Of a stretch of 51,080 bases of DNA, positions 8,160-21,851 are shown one piece after another (the stretch's first letter is position 1; each line of letters starts with the position of its first letter). A program made the translations under genes and the position numbers. The notes below the pieces were generated by a model. The model did not search any database. It was not told where the DNA came from and was given only the letters and a program-made list of their open reading frames with translations. The DNA lies in contig JALSGR010000229.1 in the NCBI GenBank assembly GCA_026982635.1, positions 1 to 51,080 on the forward strand. The letters are read 5' to 3'. The DNA is from Methylothermaceae bacterium (GTDB lineage: Bacteria > Pseudomonadota > Gammaproteobacteria > Methylococcales > Methylothermaceae).

Positions 8160-8643
8160 ATGGGTAGCCGATCGCCCGCAGCCCGGCCCGGGCGCACGCC
8201 ACGTCCAACATGGCTCCCGGCGCCCCGCCGACGCCGATACCACCGACAATGCGGTCGCCGGCCTTGATGGGAAGACCACCGCCGAGAATCAGGATATCCT
8301 CGCTCATGTCCCGCAACCCCTGAACCTGGGGCTTTCGGGCCAGCAACTGGGCCAGTTCGTGGGTGGGTTTGCGCAGACTCAAAGCGGTATAGGCCTTCCG
8401 ACGACTGCTGTGAACCGTATGGGGACCGGCATCGTCGTCCCGCAGCAAAACCTGCAGATTGCCGCCGACATCCACCACCGCCACGGAAACCGCATATCCC
8501 TGCTGGCGGCACGACCGCAACGCCGCCTGCGCCGCTTTCAGGGCCTCTGTCGTGGACAGACTGGCGTGTTCGGACAGTTTCGCCGCTTCAGCACCCACAA
8601 CGCCGATCAATCCCAACAGCAACAAACACCAACGGATTCTCAT
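8158..8643 (-). CDS. GlcG/HbpS-family heme-binding protein, exported
   Basis: Start MRIRW at 8643 with AGGAGG RBS; signal peptide; VSVAVVD.GG, RKAYTA, GGGLPI and GGIGVGGAPG motifs. Confidence 0.88.
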   Translation of the reverse strand: MRIRWCLLLLGLIGVVGAEAAKLSEHASLSTTEALKAAQAALRSCRQQGYAVSVAVVDVGGNLQVLLRDDDAGPHTVHSSRRKAYTALSLRKPTHELAQLLARKPQVQGLRDMSEDILILGGGLPIKAGDRIVGGIGVGGAPGAMLDVACARAGLRAIGYP

Positions 8644-9311
8644 GTCTCTTCCTCCTGCTCGTTTACCAAGTTCAATGCCCAGGCCCGGGCCAGGGTGGTC
8701 ACCAGCAACCGTCCCGCCTGTTCCGGCGACGCGCCATAGGCGAGAACCCCATCCGGATGGCCGGCCATGACGAGAACGGCCGCGACCGGCAGCGTCTCCA
8801 CCAGCCGTCGCACCGCCGTCGCCAGCGCAGGCGTGCCATAGGCCGCCGCCGGCGGCGTTTTCGGCAACCCCAACCGCTCGGCATGACGCCAGATGTCGGG
8901 ACAATGGCTGTGCATCACCACCTGAGCCCGGGGTGCGGCCTGATACACCGCCCCATGGGTCAACGACTCCGACGACGGCGGGTGAACCCCGCGGGCGACC
9001 ACCCGGTTCGCTTCGATGTCCGCCCGCTCCACCAGACAATAATGGTCCGGGGCCAGCAACGCCATCCCCCCGGTCTGGGTGGCGCTGATCACGAACCCGG
9101 AACCGAAACGCTGACTCAGGTTGCCATAGCTCGATCCCCCATAACGCCCGGGATCCTTTCCTACCAGACGCAGATGAAACAAAACGCGGCGCCAGGACTC
9201 CAACCGAGGGTAGCCGGCCCAGCGCGGCGCCGGCCCCGACCGGAAGTCCAGCCGATATTTGACGACCCCCTCCCGCTCCGCCGGGGAACCTTCGCAAGGC
9301 TTGACTGACAT
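8640..9311 (-). CDS. Class II aldolase/adducin family protein
   Basis: YGNLS, PSSESLTHGAVY, VMHSH and AGHPDG metal-binding motifs. Confidence 0.85.
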   Translation of the reverse strand: MSVKPCEGSPAEREGVVKYRLDFRSGPAPRWAGYPRLESWRRVLFHLRLVGKDPGRYGGSSYGNLSQRFGSGFVISATQTGGMALLAPDHYCLVERADIEANRVVARGVHPPSSESLTHGAVYQAAPRAQVVMHSHCPDIWRHAERLGLPKTPPAAAYGTPALATAVRRLVETLPVAAVLVMAGHPDGVLAYGASPEQAGRLLVTTLARAWALNLVNEQEEET

Positions 9312-9328
9312 CACAAATGAGCTAAGCT
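9301..9328 (+). promoter_or_regulatory. Probable sigma70 promoter for tRNA-Leu/tig
   Basis: TTGACT-N16-TAAGCT. Confidence 0.5.
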
Positions 9329-9378
9329 ACCAGGCTGCCGTCAGCATGGATTGAAAAGCGCAGGCCGGCAAGATTCGT

Positions 9379-9464
<86 letters not shown>

Positions 9465-9553
9465 TTAGCAACTTCGACCATCACCCTACCACAAGCCTCT
9501 TCCCGATTCATCAACAACCATCGTCAATCAAGCGCATTCGAGGTAAGCCCATT

Positions 9554-10861
9554 ATGCAGATTTCCGTCGAAAACACATCCGATGTTGGCCGCAAACTGAC
9601 CATCGAAGTCCCGGAAGACAAGATCCGGGAGGAAATCGAGGTCCGCCTGAAATCGTTGGCCCGTCGGGTGCGTGTGGACGGCTTTCGTCCCGGCAAGGCC
9701 CCTGCCCGCATCATCCGCCAGCGCTTCGGCAAACAAGTCCGCGAGGAAGTGATCTACGACCTGATCCGTTCCAGTTTTTCCGAAGCCGTCCAGGAACACG
9801 AACTCCGTCTGGCGGGGGAACCCCAGATCACGCCCAAGGAGATGGCCGAGGGGAAGGGGTTGATCTACGAAGCCCAATTCGAGGTCTATCCGGAAATCGA
9901 ACTGAAGCCCGTCGAAGAACTGGAAATCGCCAAACCGGTCTGCCAGATCACCGAGGAGGACGTGGCGGCCATGATCGAGCGGCTGCGGGAACAGAAGAAG
10001 ACCTGGCAGACCGTGGACCGCCCGGCCCAGAACGGCGACAAGCTGACCATCAGTTTCGAGGGGTTCCTGGAAGGCGAACCGATCGGGGAGAAAACCGAAC
10101 ATTTCGAGCTGGAACTGGGGAGCGGCAAAATGATCCCCGGTTTCGAGGATCGTCTGATCGGCGCCAAGGCGGGCGACCGGCTGGAATTCGAAATCACCTT
10201 CCCCGAGGATTATCACGACGACGAACTGGCCGGCAAGAACGTCCTGTTCAAGGTCGAGGTGGAAAAGGTCGAGGAAGGCCGCCTGCCTGACGTCGATGCG
10301 GCATTCGTCAAGGCGTACGGCGTCGAAAGCGGCGATGTCGAAGAGTTCCGCCGCGAGGTTCGGGACAACATGGAACGCCAGCTCGAGCGCGCGCTGAAAG
10401 AATTGACCAAAAACCGGGTGTTGGACGCCCTGTGGGAACACAACCCGATTCCGGTGCCGGAAGCCCTGATCAAACAGGAGATGCAGCGGGCGCTGGCTCC
10501 GCTGGCAGACGCCCTGAAGCAGAAGCCCGAACTGCTCCAGCAACTGCCTTTGGACAACCTGAAAGAAAGCGCCAGGAAGCGTGTCGCCCTGGGGATGCTC
10601 CTGGCGGAGATCATCCGCAGGAACGAACTCAAACCGGACCCGGAGAAGGTACGCCAGGCGGTGGAAGCGTTGGCCCAGAACTACGAAAATCCCCAGGAGG
10701 TGATCGACTGGTATTACGACAATCCGGAACAATTGGCCCAAATCGAAAGTCAAGTGCTGGAAGAACAGGCGATCGAGTGGGTGCTGGAACGGACCAGGGT
10801 GACGGAAGAACCGATAGATTTCCAGGAACTGATGAATCGGCAACAGCAGCAGGCTGGCTAA
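9554..10861 (+). CDS. tig: Trigger factor
   Basis: GFRPGKAP signature; FKBP domain (MIPGFE); upstream of clpPX. Confidence 0.97.
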   Translation: MQISVENTSDVGRKLTIEVPEDKIREEIEVRLKSLARRVRVDGFRPGKAPARIIRQRFGKQVREEVIYDLIRSSFSEAVQEHELRLAGEPQITPKEMAEGKGLIYEAQFEVYPEIELKPVEELEIAKPVCQITEEDVAAMIERLREQKKTWQTVDRPAQNGDKLTISFEGFLEGEPIGEKTEHFELELGSGKMIPGFEDRLIGAKAGDRLEFEITFPEDYHDDELAGKNVLFKVEVEKVEEGRLPDVDAAFVKAYGVESGDVEEFRREVRDNMERQLERALKELTKNRVLDALWEHNPIPVPEALIKQEMQRALAPLADALKQKPELLQQLPLDNLKESARKRVALGMLLAEIIRRNELKPDPEKVRQAVEALAQNYENPQEVIDWYYDNPEQLAQIESQVLEEQAIEWVLERTRVTEEPIDFQELMNRQQQQAG

Positions 10862-10864
10862 TCC

Positions 10865-11488
10865 ATGAAAGATTCCCAAGACATCCTCAATCAACTGGTT
10901 CCCATCGTCGTCGAACAGACCCCCCGGGGTGAGCGGGCCTTCGACATCTATTCCCGACTCCTCAAGGAACGGGTCATCTTCCTGGTCGGCCCGGTCGAAG
11001 ACCACATGGCCAACTTGATCGTGGCCCAGCTCCTGTTCCTGGAATCGGAGAACCCCGACAAGGACATTCACCTGTACATCAACTCGCCGGGCGGGGTGGT
11101 GACGTCGGGACTGGCCATCTACGACACCATGCAGTTCATCAAGCCCGACGTCAGCACCATGTGCATCGGCCAGGCGGCCAGCATGGGGGCGCTGCTGCTG
11201 GCCGGCGGCGCGCCGGGCAAACGTTACATCCTGCCCCATTCCCGGGTCATGATCCATCAACCTTTGGGGGGGTTTCAGGGCCAGGCCAGCGACATCGACA
11301 TCCACGCCCGGGAGATCCTCCAAACCCGCGATCGCCTCAACCGGATTCTGGCCAAACACACCGGACAACCGCTGGAAAAAATCCAGCAGGACACCGATCG
11401 AGACTATTTCATGAGCGGCCAGGAGGCCCTGGAATACGGCCTGGTGGACAAGGTCCTGACTTCGCGGGAGCGGCTCCAGGAAGGATAA
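10865..11488 (+). CDS. clpP: Clp protease proteolytic subunit
   Basis: [28 protein letters not shown]. Confidence 0.98.
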   Translation: MKDSQDILNQLVPIVVEQTPRGERAFDIYSRLLKERVIFLVGPVEDHMANLIVAQLLFLESENPDKDIHLYINSPGGVVTSGLAIYDTMQFIKPDVSTMCIGQAASMGALLLAGGAPGKRYILPHSRVMIHQPLGGFQGQASDIDIHAREILQTRDRLNRILAKHTGQPLEKIQQDTDRDYFMSGQEALEYGLVDKVLTSRERLQEG

Positions 11489-11585
11489 AGCGGAGGTTTG
11501 GCAATCGCGCCTGTAGGATATATGCTGTTAATGACCGTTCCAGGAAGGCGAGCAAACTTCTTTTCTTCACTTTTCGAGGTTTCCC

Positions 11586-12866
11586 ATGAGCGACGCTAAG
11601 CGCGGTAAGGATAGAGAGGGCAAGTTGCTGTACTGCTCCTTTTGCGGCAAGAGTCAGCACGAGGTCAGAAAGCTGATCGCCGGACCTTCGGTATTCATTT
11701 GCGACGAGTGCGTCGACCTGTGCAACGACATCATCCGCGAGGAGCTGCAGGAAGGGCCGGATCAGGGGGACGACCGCCTTCCCAAACCCAAGGAGATCAA
11801 AGCGGTTCTCGACGAATACGTCATCGGCCAGGAAGAGGCGAAAAAGGTTCTGTCGGTGGCGGTCTACAACCACTACAAGCGGTTGCGAACCCAGGGGCAC
11901 CGGAAGGACGACGTGGAACTGTCCAAGAGCAACATCCTGCTCATCGGCCCCACGGGCTCCGGCAAGACCCTGCTCGCCGAAACCCTGGCCAGATTGCTCG
12001 ACGTGCCCTTCACCATCGCCGACGCCACCACCCTGACCGAAGCCGGTTACGTCGGCGAAGACGTGGAGAACATCATCCAAAAACTGCTGCAAAAGTGCGA
12101 TTACGACGTGGAAAAGGCCGAGTCGGGGATCGTCTATATCGACGAAATCGACAAGATTTCCCGCAAGGCCGACAACCCGTCCATCACCCGGGACGTCTCC
12201 GGTGAAGGGGTGCAGCAGGCTCTGCTGAAACTGATCGAGGGCACCATCGCCTCGGTCCCCCCTCAGGGGGGACGCAAGCATCCCCAGCAGGAGTTTCTCC
12301 AGGTCAACACCGCCAACATCCTGTTCATCTGCGGCGGCGCCTTCTCCGGCCTGGAGCGCATCATCCGGCAACGTTCGGAAAAAGGCGGCATCGGTTTCTC
12401 GGCGGAAGTCAAGAGCAAGGATGAATCGCGCAACGTCGGCGAGATCCTCGCCGAGGTGGAAGCCGAGGACTTGATCCGTTACGGCCTGATTCCCGAGTTC
12501 GTCGGCCGTCTGCCCGTGGTGGCCACCTTGCGGGAGCTGGACGAGGATGCCCTAGTCCGCATCCTGACCGAGCCCAAGAACGCCCTGGTCAAGCAGTACC
12601 GCAAATTGTTCGAAATGGAAGGCTGCGAACTGGAAATCCGGGAGGACGCCCTCCGCGCCATCGCCCGCAAGGCAATGGAACGCAAGACCGGCGCCCGCGG
12701 CCTGCGCACTATCCTGGAATCGGTGCTGCTCGACATCATGTACGAGCTGCCCTCCAGCGAAAACATCACCAAGGTGGTGATCGACGAGAGCGTCATCAAC
12801 GGCGAAGCGAAGCCCTATCTGATCTACGAAAACAGCGGTGACAAACAACGGGCCTCGGCCCAGTGA
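11586..12866 (+). CDS. clpX: Clp protease ATPase subunit
   Basis: CSFC..CDEC zinc finger, [11 protein letters not shown] loop. Confidence 0.98.
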   Translation: MSDAKRGKDREGKLLYCSFCGKSQHEVRKLIAGPSVFICDECVDLCNDIIREELQEGPDQGDDRLPKPKEIKAVLDEYVIGQEEAKKVLSVAVYNHYKRLRTQGHRKDDVELSKSNILLIGPTGSGKTLLAETLARLLDVPFTIADATTLTEAGYVGEDVENIIQKLLQKCDYDVEKAESGIVYIDEIDKISRKADNPSITRDVSGEGVQQALLKLIEGTIASVPPQGGRKHPQQEFLQVNTANILFICGGAFSGLERIIRQRSEKGGIGFSAEVKSKDESRNVGEILAEVEAEDLIRYGLIPEFVGRLPVVATLRELDEDALVRILTEPKNALVKQYRKLFEMEGCELEIREDALRAIARKAMERKTGARGLRTILESVLLDIMYELPSSENITKVVIDESVINGEAKPYLIYENSGDKQRASAQ

Positions 12867-12874
12867 CACGCAAC

Positions 12875-12902
12875 CGGGTTCCGGTCCGCCGGCCGGAACC
12901 CG
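12875..12902 (+). terminator. GC-rich hairpin after clpX
   Basis: CGGGTTCCGGTC-CGCC-GGCCGGAACCCG; weak U-tract. Confidence 0.45.
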
Positions 12903-12924
12903 ATCCGGATTTTCCCCTCCAATC

Positions 12925-12953
12925 CTTGTAATCGGTCCGACGATCACCCATAT
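12925..12953 (+). promoter_or_regulatory. Sigma32 (RpoH) promoter of lon
   Basis: CTTGTA-N14-CACCCATAT versus consensus CTTGAA..CCCCATNT. Confidence 0.7.
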
Positions 12954-13007
12954 TTTATTCGTAAGGTGATCGTCAAACTCAATTCCGTCAATCAACCTGG
13001 ATCTCTC

Positions 13008-15401
<2,394 letters not shown>

Positions 15402-15435
15402 GGCCGTCACCGCTGAAAATAAGCTACCATGCGGC

Positions 15436-15464
15436 TTGACGGGGTTTTAGGGGACTGCTATAAA
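15436..15464 (+). promoter_or_regulatory. Sigma70 promoter of hup
   Basis: TTGACG-N17-TATAAA with TG extension. Confidence 0.65.
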
Positions 15465-15548
15465 TCCCACCAGATTTGCACTGCGGTACCACGCGGACAA
15501 ATTTGGATCCGGGCACTTTGAACCGAACGTTGTCTTAAGGGGGAATTC

Positions 15549-15821
15549 ATGAACAAATCCGAACTGATCGATGCGATCGCCGAAAGGGCCAATCTCACCA
15601 AAGCCGATGCGGCCAGAGCACTCGACGCCTTCATCGATACGGTCGCCGACGCCCTGAAGCAGGGGGAATCCGTCACCCTGATCGGTTTTGGCACCTTCAC
15701 CATCAAAGAACGCAAGGAGCGCCAGGGACGCAATCCCCGCACCGGTGAGCCGATGGTCATCAAAGCGGCAAAAATTCCTGCATTCAAGCCTGGCAAAACG
15801 CTGAAGGATGCGGTACAATAG
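15549..15821 (+). CDS. hupB: DNA-binding protein HU
   Basis: MNKSELIDAIA, GFGTF, GRNPRTG; follows lon. Confidence 0.95.
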   Translation: MNKSELIDAIAERANLTKADAARALDAFIDTVADALKQGESVTLIGFGTFTIKERKERQGRNPRTGEPMVIKAAKIPAFKPGKTLKDAVQ

Positions 15822-15834
15822 ATAGCTGTTGAGG

Positions 15835-15910
15835 GGGTGCTTAGCTCAGCTGGGAGAGCATCGCCCTTACAAGGCGAGGGTCGCAGGTTCAATCCCTGCA
15901 GCACCCACCA
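15835..15910 (+). tRNA. tRNA-Val(TAC)
   Basis: 76-nt cloverleaf, anticodon loop CTTACAA, CCA end. Confidence 0.97.
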
Positions 15911-15919
15911 GTCACCCAA

Positions 15920-15996
15920 GGAGCGGTAGTTCAGCTGGTTAGAATACCGGCCTGTCACGCCGGGGGTCGCGGGTTCGAGTCCCGTCCGCTCCGCCA
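15920..15996 (+). tRNA. tRNA-Asp(GTC)
   Basis: 77-nt cloverleaf, anticodon loop CTGTCAC, CCA end. Confidence 0.97.
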
Positions 15997-16002
15997 AACA
16001 TC

Positions 16003-16027
16003 AAACCCCGCGTATGCGGGGTTTTTT
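16003..16027 (+). terminator. Intrinsic terminator after the tRNAs
   Basis: AAACCCCGC-GTAT-GCGGGGTTTTTT. Confidence 0.85.
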
Positions 16028-16053
16028 GTGTTCACCGGCCAAGGAATACGCCC

Positions 16054-17934
16054 ATGCTGCAGACAATTCGTGACCGCGCCCAGGGCATCTTCGCCTGGAT
16101 CATCCTGATCCTCATCATCGTACCCTTCGCCCTATGGGGCATTCAAAACTACTTCAGCAGCGGCAAGGAGAAACCCATCGCCGTGGTGGGTGACCGGGAG
16201 TTTTTCGAGCGCGATCTGCTCCAGCTCTATGAGCAGCAGTATGCCCGCTTTTCGGGCCGCTACGATGAAGCGGAACTCAAACGCCAGGCCCTCGAACGCC
16301 TCGTCGATGACGAAGTGCTGTTCCAGACCGCCCGGGAAAAGCACCTGAGCGTCAGCGACGCCCAGGTGGCCCGGTTCATTCGCACCCTGCCCTTCTTCCA
16401 GACCGACGGCAAGTTCGACGAGGAAAAATATCAGCGTCTGCTGGCCGCTCAGGGACTGACGACCGCCGGCTTCGTCGCCCAGGTACGGCGTGCCCTGCTT
16501 CTGGAGCAACTGCGGCGCAGCGTGACCGACTCGGACTTCGCCACCGAACCGGAAGCCGAACGTTTCTACCGATTGCAAAATCAACAACGCACGATCGCTT
16601 ATGTGATTCTGCCTTTGCCTGACCAAACGGTCGAAGTCGACGATGCGGAAATCCGCGCCTATTACGAACAACACCGCGATCGCTTTCTCACCCCGGAACA
16701 GGTGACCATCGAATATGTCACCCTGTCCGTCGACGACATCGCCCGGACCATCCAACCCAGCGAAGCGGAACTGACGCGCTACTACGAAGAACAGCGCCAG
16801 GCGTTCGCCGTTCCGGAGCAGCGCCGCATTCGCCACATCCTCGTCGCGGTTCCGGAAAACGCCGATGAAAAAGCGAGGCAGCAGGCCCTGGCCAAAACCC
16901 GGGAAATCCGTCAGCGCCTCCTCGCCGGCGAGGATTTCGCCCAACTGGCCCGGGAATACTCCGACGATCCCGGCAGCAAGGCCAAGGGGGGGGATCTGGG
17001 TTTCGTCCGTCGGGGCGTGTTGGAGAAGCGCTTCGAAAAGGCGGCCTTTTCCCTGGCCGAAGGCGAAATCTCCGAGCCGGTCGAAACGCCGTTCGGTTAT
17101 CACATCATCCAGGTGACCGAGATCCGGCCGGCCAAGGTCAAACCCTTCGAGGCGGTAAAGCCGCAGATCCTGGAAGCGGTACGTCGCCAGGAAGCGGAGA
17201 ATCGCTTTTACCAACTCGGTGAGCAGCTGGCCCAGTTGGCCTATGAAAACCCGCAGAGCCTGGAACCCGCCGCCACCGCCCTCGGCCTGAAAATCCAGAG
17301 CGCAGGGCCGTTCAGCCGGGAAAAGGGGGAAGGGATCGCCGCCGATCCCAAAATCCGGAATGCGGCCTTCAGCGCCGAAGTCCTGGAGGGCAACAACAGC
17401 GAACCGGTGGAACTGGCGGACGGCCGCGTCGTGGTGCTGCGCGTCAAGGAGCACTATCCCGCCAAGCAGCGCCCTCTCGACGAGGTGCGGGACCAGATCG
17501 CCGCCGAACTGCGGCGGCAAAAGGCGGGCCGGCGACTGGCGCAACAGGCCGATGCCTGGCTGGCCGAACTGAAACAGGGCGCCAAACTGGAAGACATCGC
17601 CGCCCGGACGAAGGCCCGGGTCGAAACCGTGCGCTTGCGCCGCGAGGCACCGGAAGACCCGGAGGTAGCCGAACTCGTCGAACCGGTGTTCCAGGCCCCG
17701 AAACCGAGGCAAAATGCACCGGTCTTTCTGAAGGTGCCGCTGCACGACGGTCGGCAGGCGCTGATGGCCGTGACGGAAATCCAGGAAGGCAATTACGCCG
17801 ACCTGGACTCCCGGGAAAAACAGACCCTGCGTGACAATCTGGCCCGGCTATTCGGGCTATTGAGTTTCAAGGAATATCAGAAACAGCTGCGCCGCCGGAT
17901 CGAGGTCAAGATCGACTGGCCGCCGACCGAATGA
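16054..17934 (+). CDS. ppiD: Periplasmic chaperone / parvulin PPIase
   Basis: N-terminal TM, SurA-like domain, [18 protein letters not shown]; hup-tRNA-ppiD synteny. Confidence 0.93.
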   Translation: MLQTIRDRAQGIFAWIILILIIVPFALWGIQNYFSSGKEKPIAVVGDREFFERDLLQLYEQQYARFSGRYDEAELKRQALERLVDDEVLFQTAREKHLSVSDAQVARFIRTLPFFQTDGKFDEEKYQRLLAAQGLTTAGFVAQVRRALLLEQLRRSVTDSDFATEPEAERFYRLQNQQRTIAYVILPLPDQTVEVDDAEIRAYYEQHRDRFLTPEQVTIEYVTLSVDDIARTIQPSEAELTRYYEEQRQAFAVPEQRRIRHILVAVPENADEKARQQALAKTREIRQRLLAGEDFAQLAREYSDDPGSKAKGGDLGFVRRGVLEKRFEKAAFSLAEGEISEPVETPFGYHIIQVTEIRPAKVKPFEAVKPQILEAVRRQEAENRFYQLGEQLAQLAYENPQSLEPAATALGLKIQSAGPFSREKGEGIAADPKIRNAAFSAEVLEGNNSEPVELADGRVVVLRVKEHYPAKQRPLDEVRDQIAAELRRQKAGRRLAQQADAWLAELKQGAKLEDIAARTKARVETVRLRREAPEDPEVAELVEPVFQAPKPRQNAPVFLKVPLHDGRQALMAVTEIQEGNYADLDSREKQTLRDNLARLFGLLSFKEYQKQLRRRIEVKIDWPPTE

Positions 17935-17937
17935 GGC

Positions 17938-18726
17938 TCAGCCGAACAAGGCCTTGAGCTTCGCCCCCGGGTCCTCGGCGCGCATCAGGGCCTCGCCCAC
18001 CAGGAACGCATGGACCCCGTGGGCGCGCATGTAGGCCACGTCCGCCGGCGTGTGGATGGCGCTTTCGGTCACCACCAGCCGGCCTTCGGGAATCCGGGGC
18101 AGCAGGCGGATGGTGTTGTCGAGCGAGGTGGTGAAGGTCCGCAGATCACGGTTGTTGATGCCCAGAATGGCCTCGGGCAGATCCAGGGCCCGATCCAGTT
18201 CGCCCGCCTCGTGGACCTCCACCAGGGCAGCCATCCCCAGCTCCCGAATCAACTGATACAAATCCTTCAACAGGGCATCATCCAAGGCGGCCACGATCAA
18301 CAGCACCGCATCGGCGCCGATGGCTCGGGCCTCATAGACCTGGTAGGGATCGATGATGAAATCCTTGCGCAGGGTCGGCAATCCGGAAGCATCGCGGGCC
18401 AGTTGCAGATAGGCCTCCGATCCCTGGAAATAAGACCTGTCGGTCAGCACCGACAGGCAGGCCGCCCCGCCCTGGGCGTAACTGAGCGCGATCTGGCGCG
18501 GATCGAACGACGCCCGGATGATTCCCTTGCTGGGAGAGGCTTTCTTGACTTCCGCGATGACCGCCGCCTGACCGCGCTCGATCCGCCGCACCAAGGCCCC
18601 GGAGAAATCCCTCGGTCCGCCATGAGATTCGGCCAGCTCCCGGAGCTCCGCCTCCGGCAGACGCCGTTTGCGCGACGAAACCTCCTCCCGTTTGGTGGCA
18701 AGTATTCGTTGCAGTATGTCAGTCAT
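17938..18726 (-). CDS. trpC: Indole-3-glycerol phosphate synthase
   Basis: IAEVKKASPSKG, LRKDF, GINNRDL. Confidence 0.97.
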   Translation of the reverse strand: MTDILQRILATKREEVSSRKRRLPEAELRELAESHGGPRDFSGALVRRIERGQAAVIAEVKKASPSKGIIRASFDPRQIALSYAQGGAACLSVLTDRSYFQGSEAYLQLARDASGLPTLRKDFIIDPYQVYEARAIGADAVLLIVAALDDALLKDLYQLIRELGMAALVEVHEAGELDRALDLPEAILGINNRDLRTFTTSLDNTIRLLPRIPEGRLVVTESAIHTPADVAYMRAHGVHAFLVGEALMRAEDPGAKLKALFG

Positions 18727-19738
18727 GATCCCGACTCCATTCCACCAAAGCGTTCAATTTTTCCAACCCGGCCCCCGAGCGTTGCACCTGCGCCGCCTTC
18801 GCCACCCCGGCGGACAGACTGGGAGCCAGGCCGACGGCATACAGAGCCGCACCGGCGTTGAGCACCGCGATATCGGCAGCCGGCCCGGGCCTGCCCGCCA
18901 ACACCTGGCGCATCAAGGCCAGACTCGCGGCCACCGAATCCACCTGGATCGCCGCCAACGACGCCGTTTCCATACCGAACCGCTCCGGCCCGATGGTATA
19001 GGTCCGCACTTGGCCGGCATGCCACTCGGCCACCTGTGTCGGAGCTGCGATGCTGATCTCGTCCAAGCCATCCTCCGCATGCACCACCAGCACGCGGCGG
19101 CTGCCGAGTTCCCCCAGCACGCGGGCCACCGGTTCGAGATAGCGCCGGTCGAAGACGCCGATGAGCTGATGAGGGGCATCGGCGGGATTGAGCAGCGGCC
19201 CGAGGAGATTGAACAAGGTGCGAACCCCCAAGGCACGCCGGATCTCCGCTACCTGGCGCAGGACACCGTGATGGCGCGGAGCGTACAGGAAGCCGATCCC
19301 GATGGTTTCGATGCATTCCTTGACCTGGTCCGGCGTCAGATCGAGATTGACCCCGGCCGCCTCCAACACGTCGGCGCTGCCGCTACGACTGGAAACGGAA
19401 CGATTGCCGTGTTTGGCCACCCGGGCGCCGGCGGCAGCCACGATGAAAGCGGCGGTGGTGGAAACATTGAAGGTATCGCAGCCGTCCCCTCCGGTACCGC
19501 AGGTATCGATGAGATGGTCGGCATCGACTTCTATCCTCAGGGCATGGCGCCGCAACAACCGTACCGCGGCGCCGATCTCCGCGACGCTCTCGCCCTTGGC
19601 CCGCAACGCCACCAGAAAGCCGGCCGCCTGTACCGGGGACACTTCTCCGCCCAGGATGCCTTCCAGCACCCGGGTCATTTCCCCCTCGCTCAGATCGGCC
19701 GGCTCGAGCAGCCGGTTCAACGTGGTGCGGATATCCAT
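18719..19738 (-). CDS. trpD: Anthranilate phosphoribosyltransferase
   Basis: DTCGTGGDG..TFNVST, KHGNRSVSS; start MDIRT overlaps trpG stop. Confidence 0.96.
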   Translation of the reverse strand: MDIRTTLNRLLEPADLSEGEMTRVLEGILGGEVSPVQAAGFLVALRAKGESVAEIGAAVRLLRRHALRIEVDADHLIDTCGTGGDGCDTFNVSTTAAFIVAAAGARVAKHGNRSVSSRSGSADVLEAAGVNLDLTPDQVKECIETIGIGFLYAPRHHGVLRQVAEIRRALGVRTLFNLLGPLLNPADAPHQLIGVFDRRYLEPVARVLGELGSRRVLVVHAEDGLDEISIAAPTQVAEWHAGQVRTYTIGPERFGMETASLAAIQVDSVAASLALMRQVLAGRPGPAADIAVLNAGAALYAVGLAPSLSAGVAKAAQVQRSGAGLEKLNALVEWSRDHD

Positions 19739-20322
19739 CAGGACTGTAAAAAGTTGCGCAAGAGGTCGTGGCCGTGCTGGGTCAGAATCGATTCCGGGTG
19801 GAACTGTACCCCTTCGATCGGGTAATCCTTGTGGCGCACGCCCATGATCTCCTCGAAACCGCCCCGGCGGTCCTCGGTCCAGGCGGTGATTTCCAGGCAA
19901 TCGGGCAAGCTTTCGCGCTCGATGACCAGGGAATGGTAACGGGTCGCCTCGAAGGGATTGGCCAACCCCCGGAACACACCGACGTCGCGATGATGAATCC
20001 AGGAGGTCTTCCCGTGCATGATGCGCTTGGCGTGGACGATACGGCCCCCGAAGGCCACGCCGATGCTCTGATGCCCCAGGCACACGCCCAGAATCGGCAC
20101 CCTGCCCTTGAAATGGCGGATCGCAGCCACCGAGATCCCCGCCTCGTTCGGGGTACAGGGACCGGGAGAGATCAAGATCCGATCCGGCGCCAGGCGTTCG
20201 ATGTCGGCGAGCGAGACTTCGTCGTTGCGGACCACGATCACCTCGGCCCCCAGCTCTCCGAGGTACTGGACCAGGTTGTAGGTGAAGGAATCGTAATTGT
20301 CGATACACACCGTGCGGATCAT
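19738..20322 (-). CDS. trpG: Anthranilate synthase component II
   Basis: [28 protein letters not shown]. Confidence 0.96.
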   Translation of the reverse strand: MIRTVCIDNYDSFTYNLVQYLGELGAEVIVVRNDEVSLADIERLAPDRILISPGPCTPNEAGISVAAIRHFKGRVPILGVCLGHQSIGVAFGGRIVHAKRIMHGKTSWIHHRDVGVFRGLANPFEATRYHSLVIERESLPDCLEITAWTEDRRGGFEEIMGVRHKDYPIEGVQFHPESILTQHGHDLLRNFLQS

Positions 20323-21794
20323 GACAATCCCTCCACAGCCCGGGCGACCGCCCGGAACAGGGCCCGGCCCTTGTTCATGGTCTCTTCCCATTCCCTCTCC
20401 GGCACCGAGTCGTAGACGATGCCAGCGCCAGCCTGAACGTGCAGCTGACCGTCCTTAATCACCGCGGTGCGGATCGCGATGGCGGTGTCGAGATTGCCGG
20501 ACCAGCCGACATAACCGACCGCCCCCGAATAGATGCCGCGTTTGACCGGCTCCAGTTCAGCGATGATCTCCATGGCCCGGATCTTCGGCGCCCCGGACAC
20601 GGTACCGGCGGGGAATGTGGCCCGCAGGACGTCGAAGGCGTCCAGATCCGGTCGCAGCCGGCCGACGACGTTGGAAACGATGTGCATGACGTGGGAATAA
20701 CGCTCGATGATCATCCGGTCGGTCACCCGTACCGTGCCGATTTCCGCCACCCGCCCCACGTCGTTGCGCCCCAGGTCGATCAACATCAGATGCTCGGCCA
20801 GTTCCTTGGGATCGGCCAACAGTTCCCGCTCCAGGGCCAGATCCGCCGCCTGGGTCTCCCCCCGGGGACGAGTGCCGGCGATGGGACGGACGGTGACCAT
20901 TCCATCCTCCAGGCGGACCAGGATCTCCGGGGAAGAGCCGACGATGTGGAACTGCGCCAGGTCCAGGTGGTACAGATAAGGCGAGGGGTTGAGACAGCGC
21001 AGGGCACGATAGACACTCAAAGGCTCGCCGTGGAAAGGAATGGACAGGCGCTGGGACAGCACCACCTGCATCACGTCGCCTTCGACGATGTAATCCTTGA
21101 TGCGCCGCACCGCCTTCTCGAAGCCCTGACGGGTGAAACCGGAAACGAAGTCGCTCTCGTGAACCGGCGGCCCACCGGCCTGATCGGGATAAGGACAACT
21201 GGCACGCAGCCGGGACACCCAGCCGGCCAGCCGCGCCTCGGCCCGCGCCAGGGCGTCGGGTTCGCCCGGATCGGCATGAGTGATCAATTCCAGAGTGCCG
21301 GAAAGGTTGTCGAATACCAGCAGATCCTCGGAAACCATCAACAGAATGTCGGGGGTTCCCAGCGGGTCCGGCTTGTCCATGGCCGGGCGCAGCCGGGGCT
21401 CGATGTAGGCGATGGTTTCGTAACCGAAATAGCCCACCAGACCGCCACTGAAACGGGGCAATCCGGCGATCTGGGGAGTGCGATAGCGACCGGCGAACGC
21501 CCGGATCCAGGACAGCGGGTCGTCGCTGCGGACTTCCTCGGCGAGCCGATCACCGTGCCAAACCTGAATCCGATCTCCATAGACCTGGATGACACAGCGG
21601 GCGGGAAGACCGATGATCGAGTAACGCCCCCACTGCTCCCCCCCATGCACCGATTCGAAAAGGTAGGTGTAGGGCTGCGCCGCCAGTTTCAGGTAAGCGC
21701 TCAGCGGCGTGTCGAGATCGGCGAGGACCCGACGCCGGACCGGAATACGGTTGTAACCCTGGGCGGCGAGCGTCTGGAATTGTTTTGGCGTCAT
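20319..21794 (-). CDS. trpE: Anthranilate synthase component I
   Basis: [36 protein letters not shown]. Confidence 0.96.
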   Translation of the reverse strand: MTPKQFQTLAAQGYNRIPVRRRVLADLDTPLSAYLKLAAQPYTYLFESVHGGEQWGRYSIIGLPARCVIQVYGDRIQVWHGDRLAEEVRSDDPLSWIRAFAGRYRTPQIAGLPRFSGGLVGYFGYETIAYIEPRLRPAMDKPDPLGTPDILLMVSEDLLVFDNLSGTLELITHADPGEPDALARAEARLAGWVSRLRASCPYPDQAGGPPVHESDFVSGFTRQGFEKAVRRIKDYIVEGDVMQVVLSQRLSIPFHGEPLSVYRALRCLNPSPYLYHLDLAQFHIVGSSPEILVRLEDGMVTVRPIAGTRPRGETQAADLALERELLADPKELAEHLMLIDLGRNDVGRVAEIGTVRVTDRMIIERYSHVMHIVSNVVGRLRPDLDAFDVLRATFPAGTVSGAPKIRAMEIIAELEPVKRGIYSGAVGYVGWSGNLDTAIAIRTAVIKDGQLHVQAGAGIVYDSVPEREWEETMNKGRALFRAVARAVEGLS

Positions 21795-21851
21795 GAATTG
21801 GATCTGCGGGTGACCGAACCTTCGATCACCCGCCACTGTTTCGGTTCCCGG

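Noticed and set aside
7929-8267. 112-aa + strand ORF and the minus-strand ORFs 7858-8049 and 7949-8512 in the regB upstream gap
   Set aside because: No family motifs; they run through terminators and operators; the non-coding reading explains the structure better
8158-9297. 379-aa fused ORF, and N-terminal extensions of ORFs 1933, 2724, 20308, 22756, 34025 and 35935
   Set aside because: Artefacts of longest-ORF calling; internal ATGs with RBS or stop/start overlaps mark the real starts
15458-15997. Minus-strand ORF over hup and the tRNAs
   Set aside because: Typical spurious translation of tRNA antisense sequence
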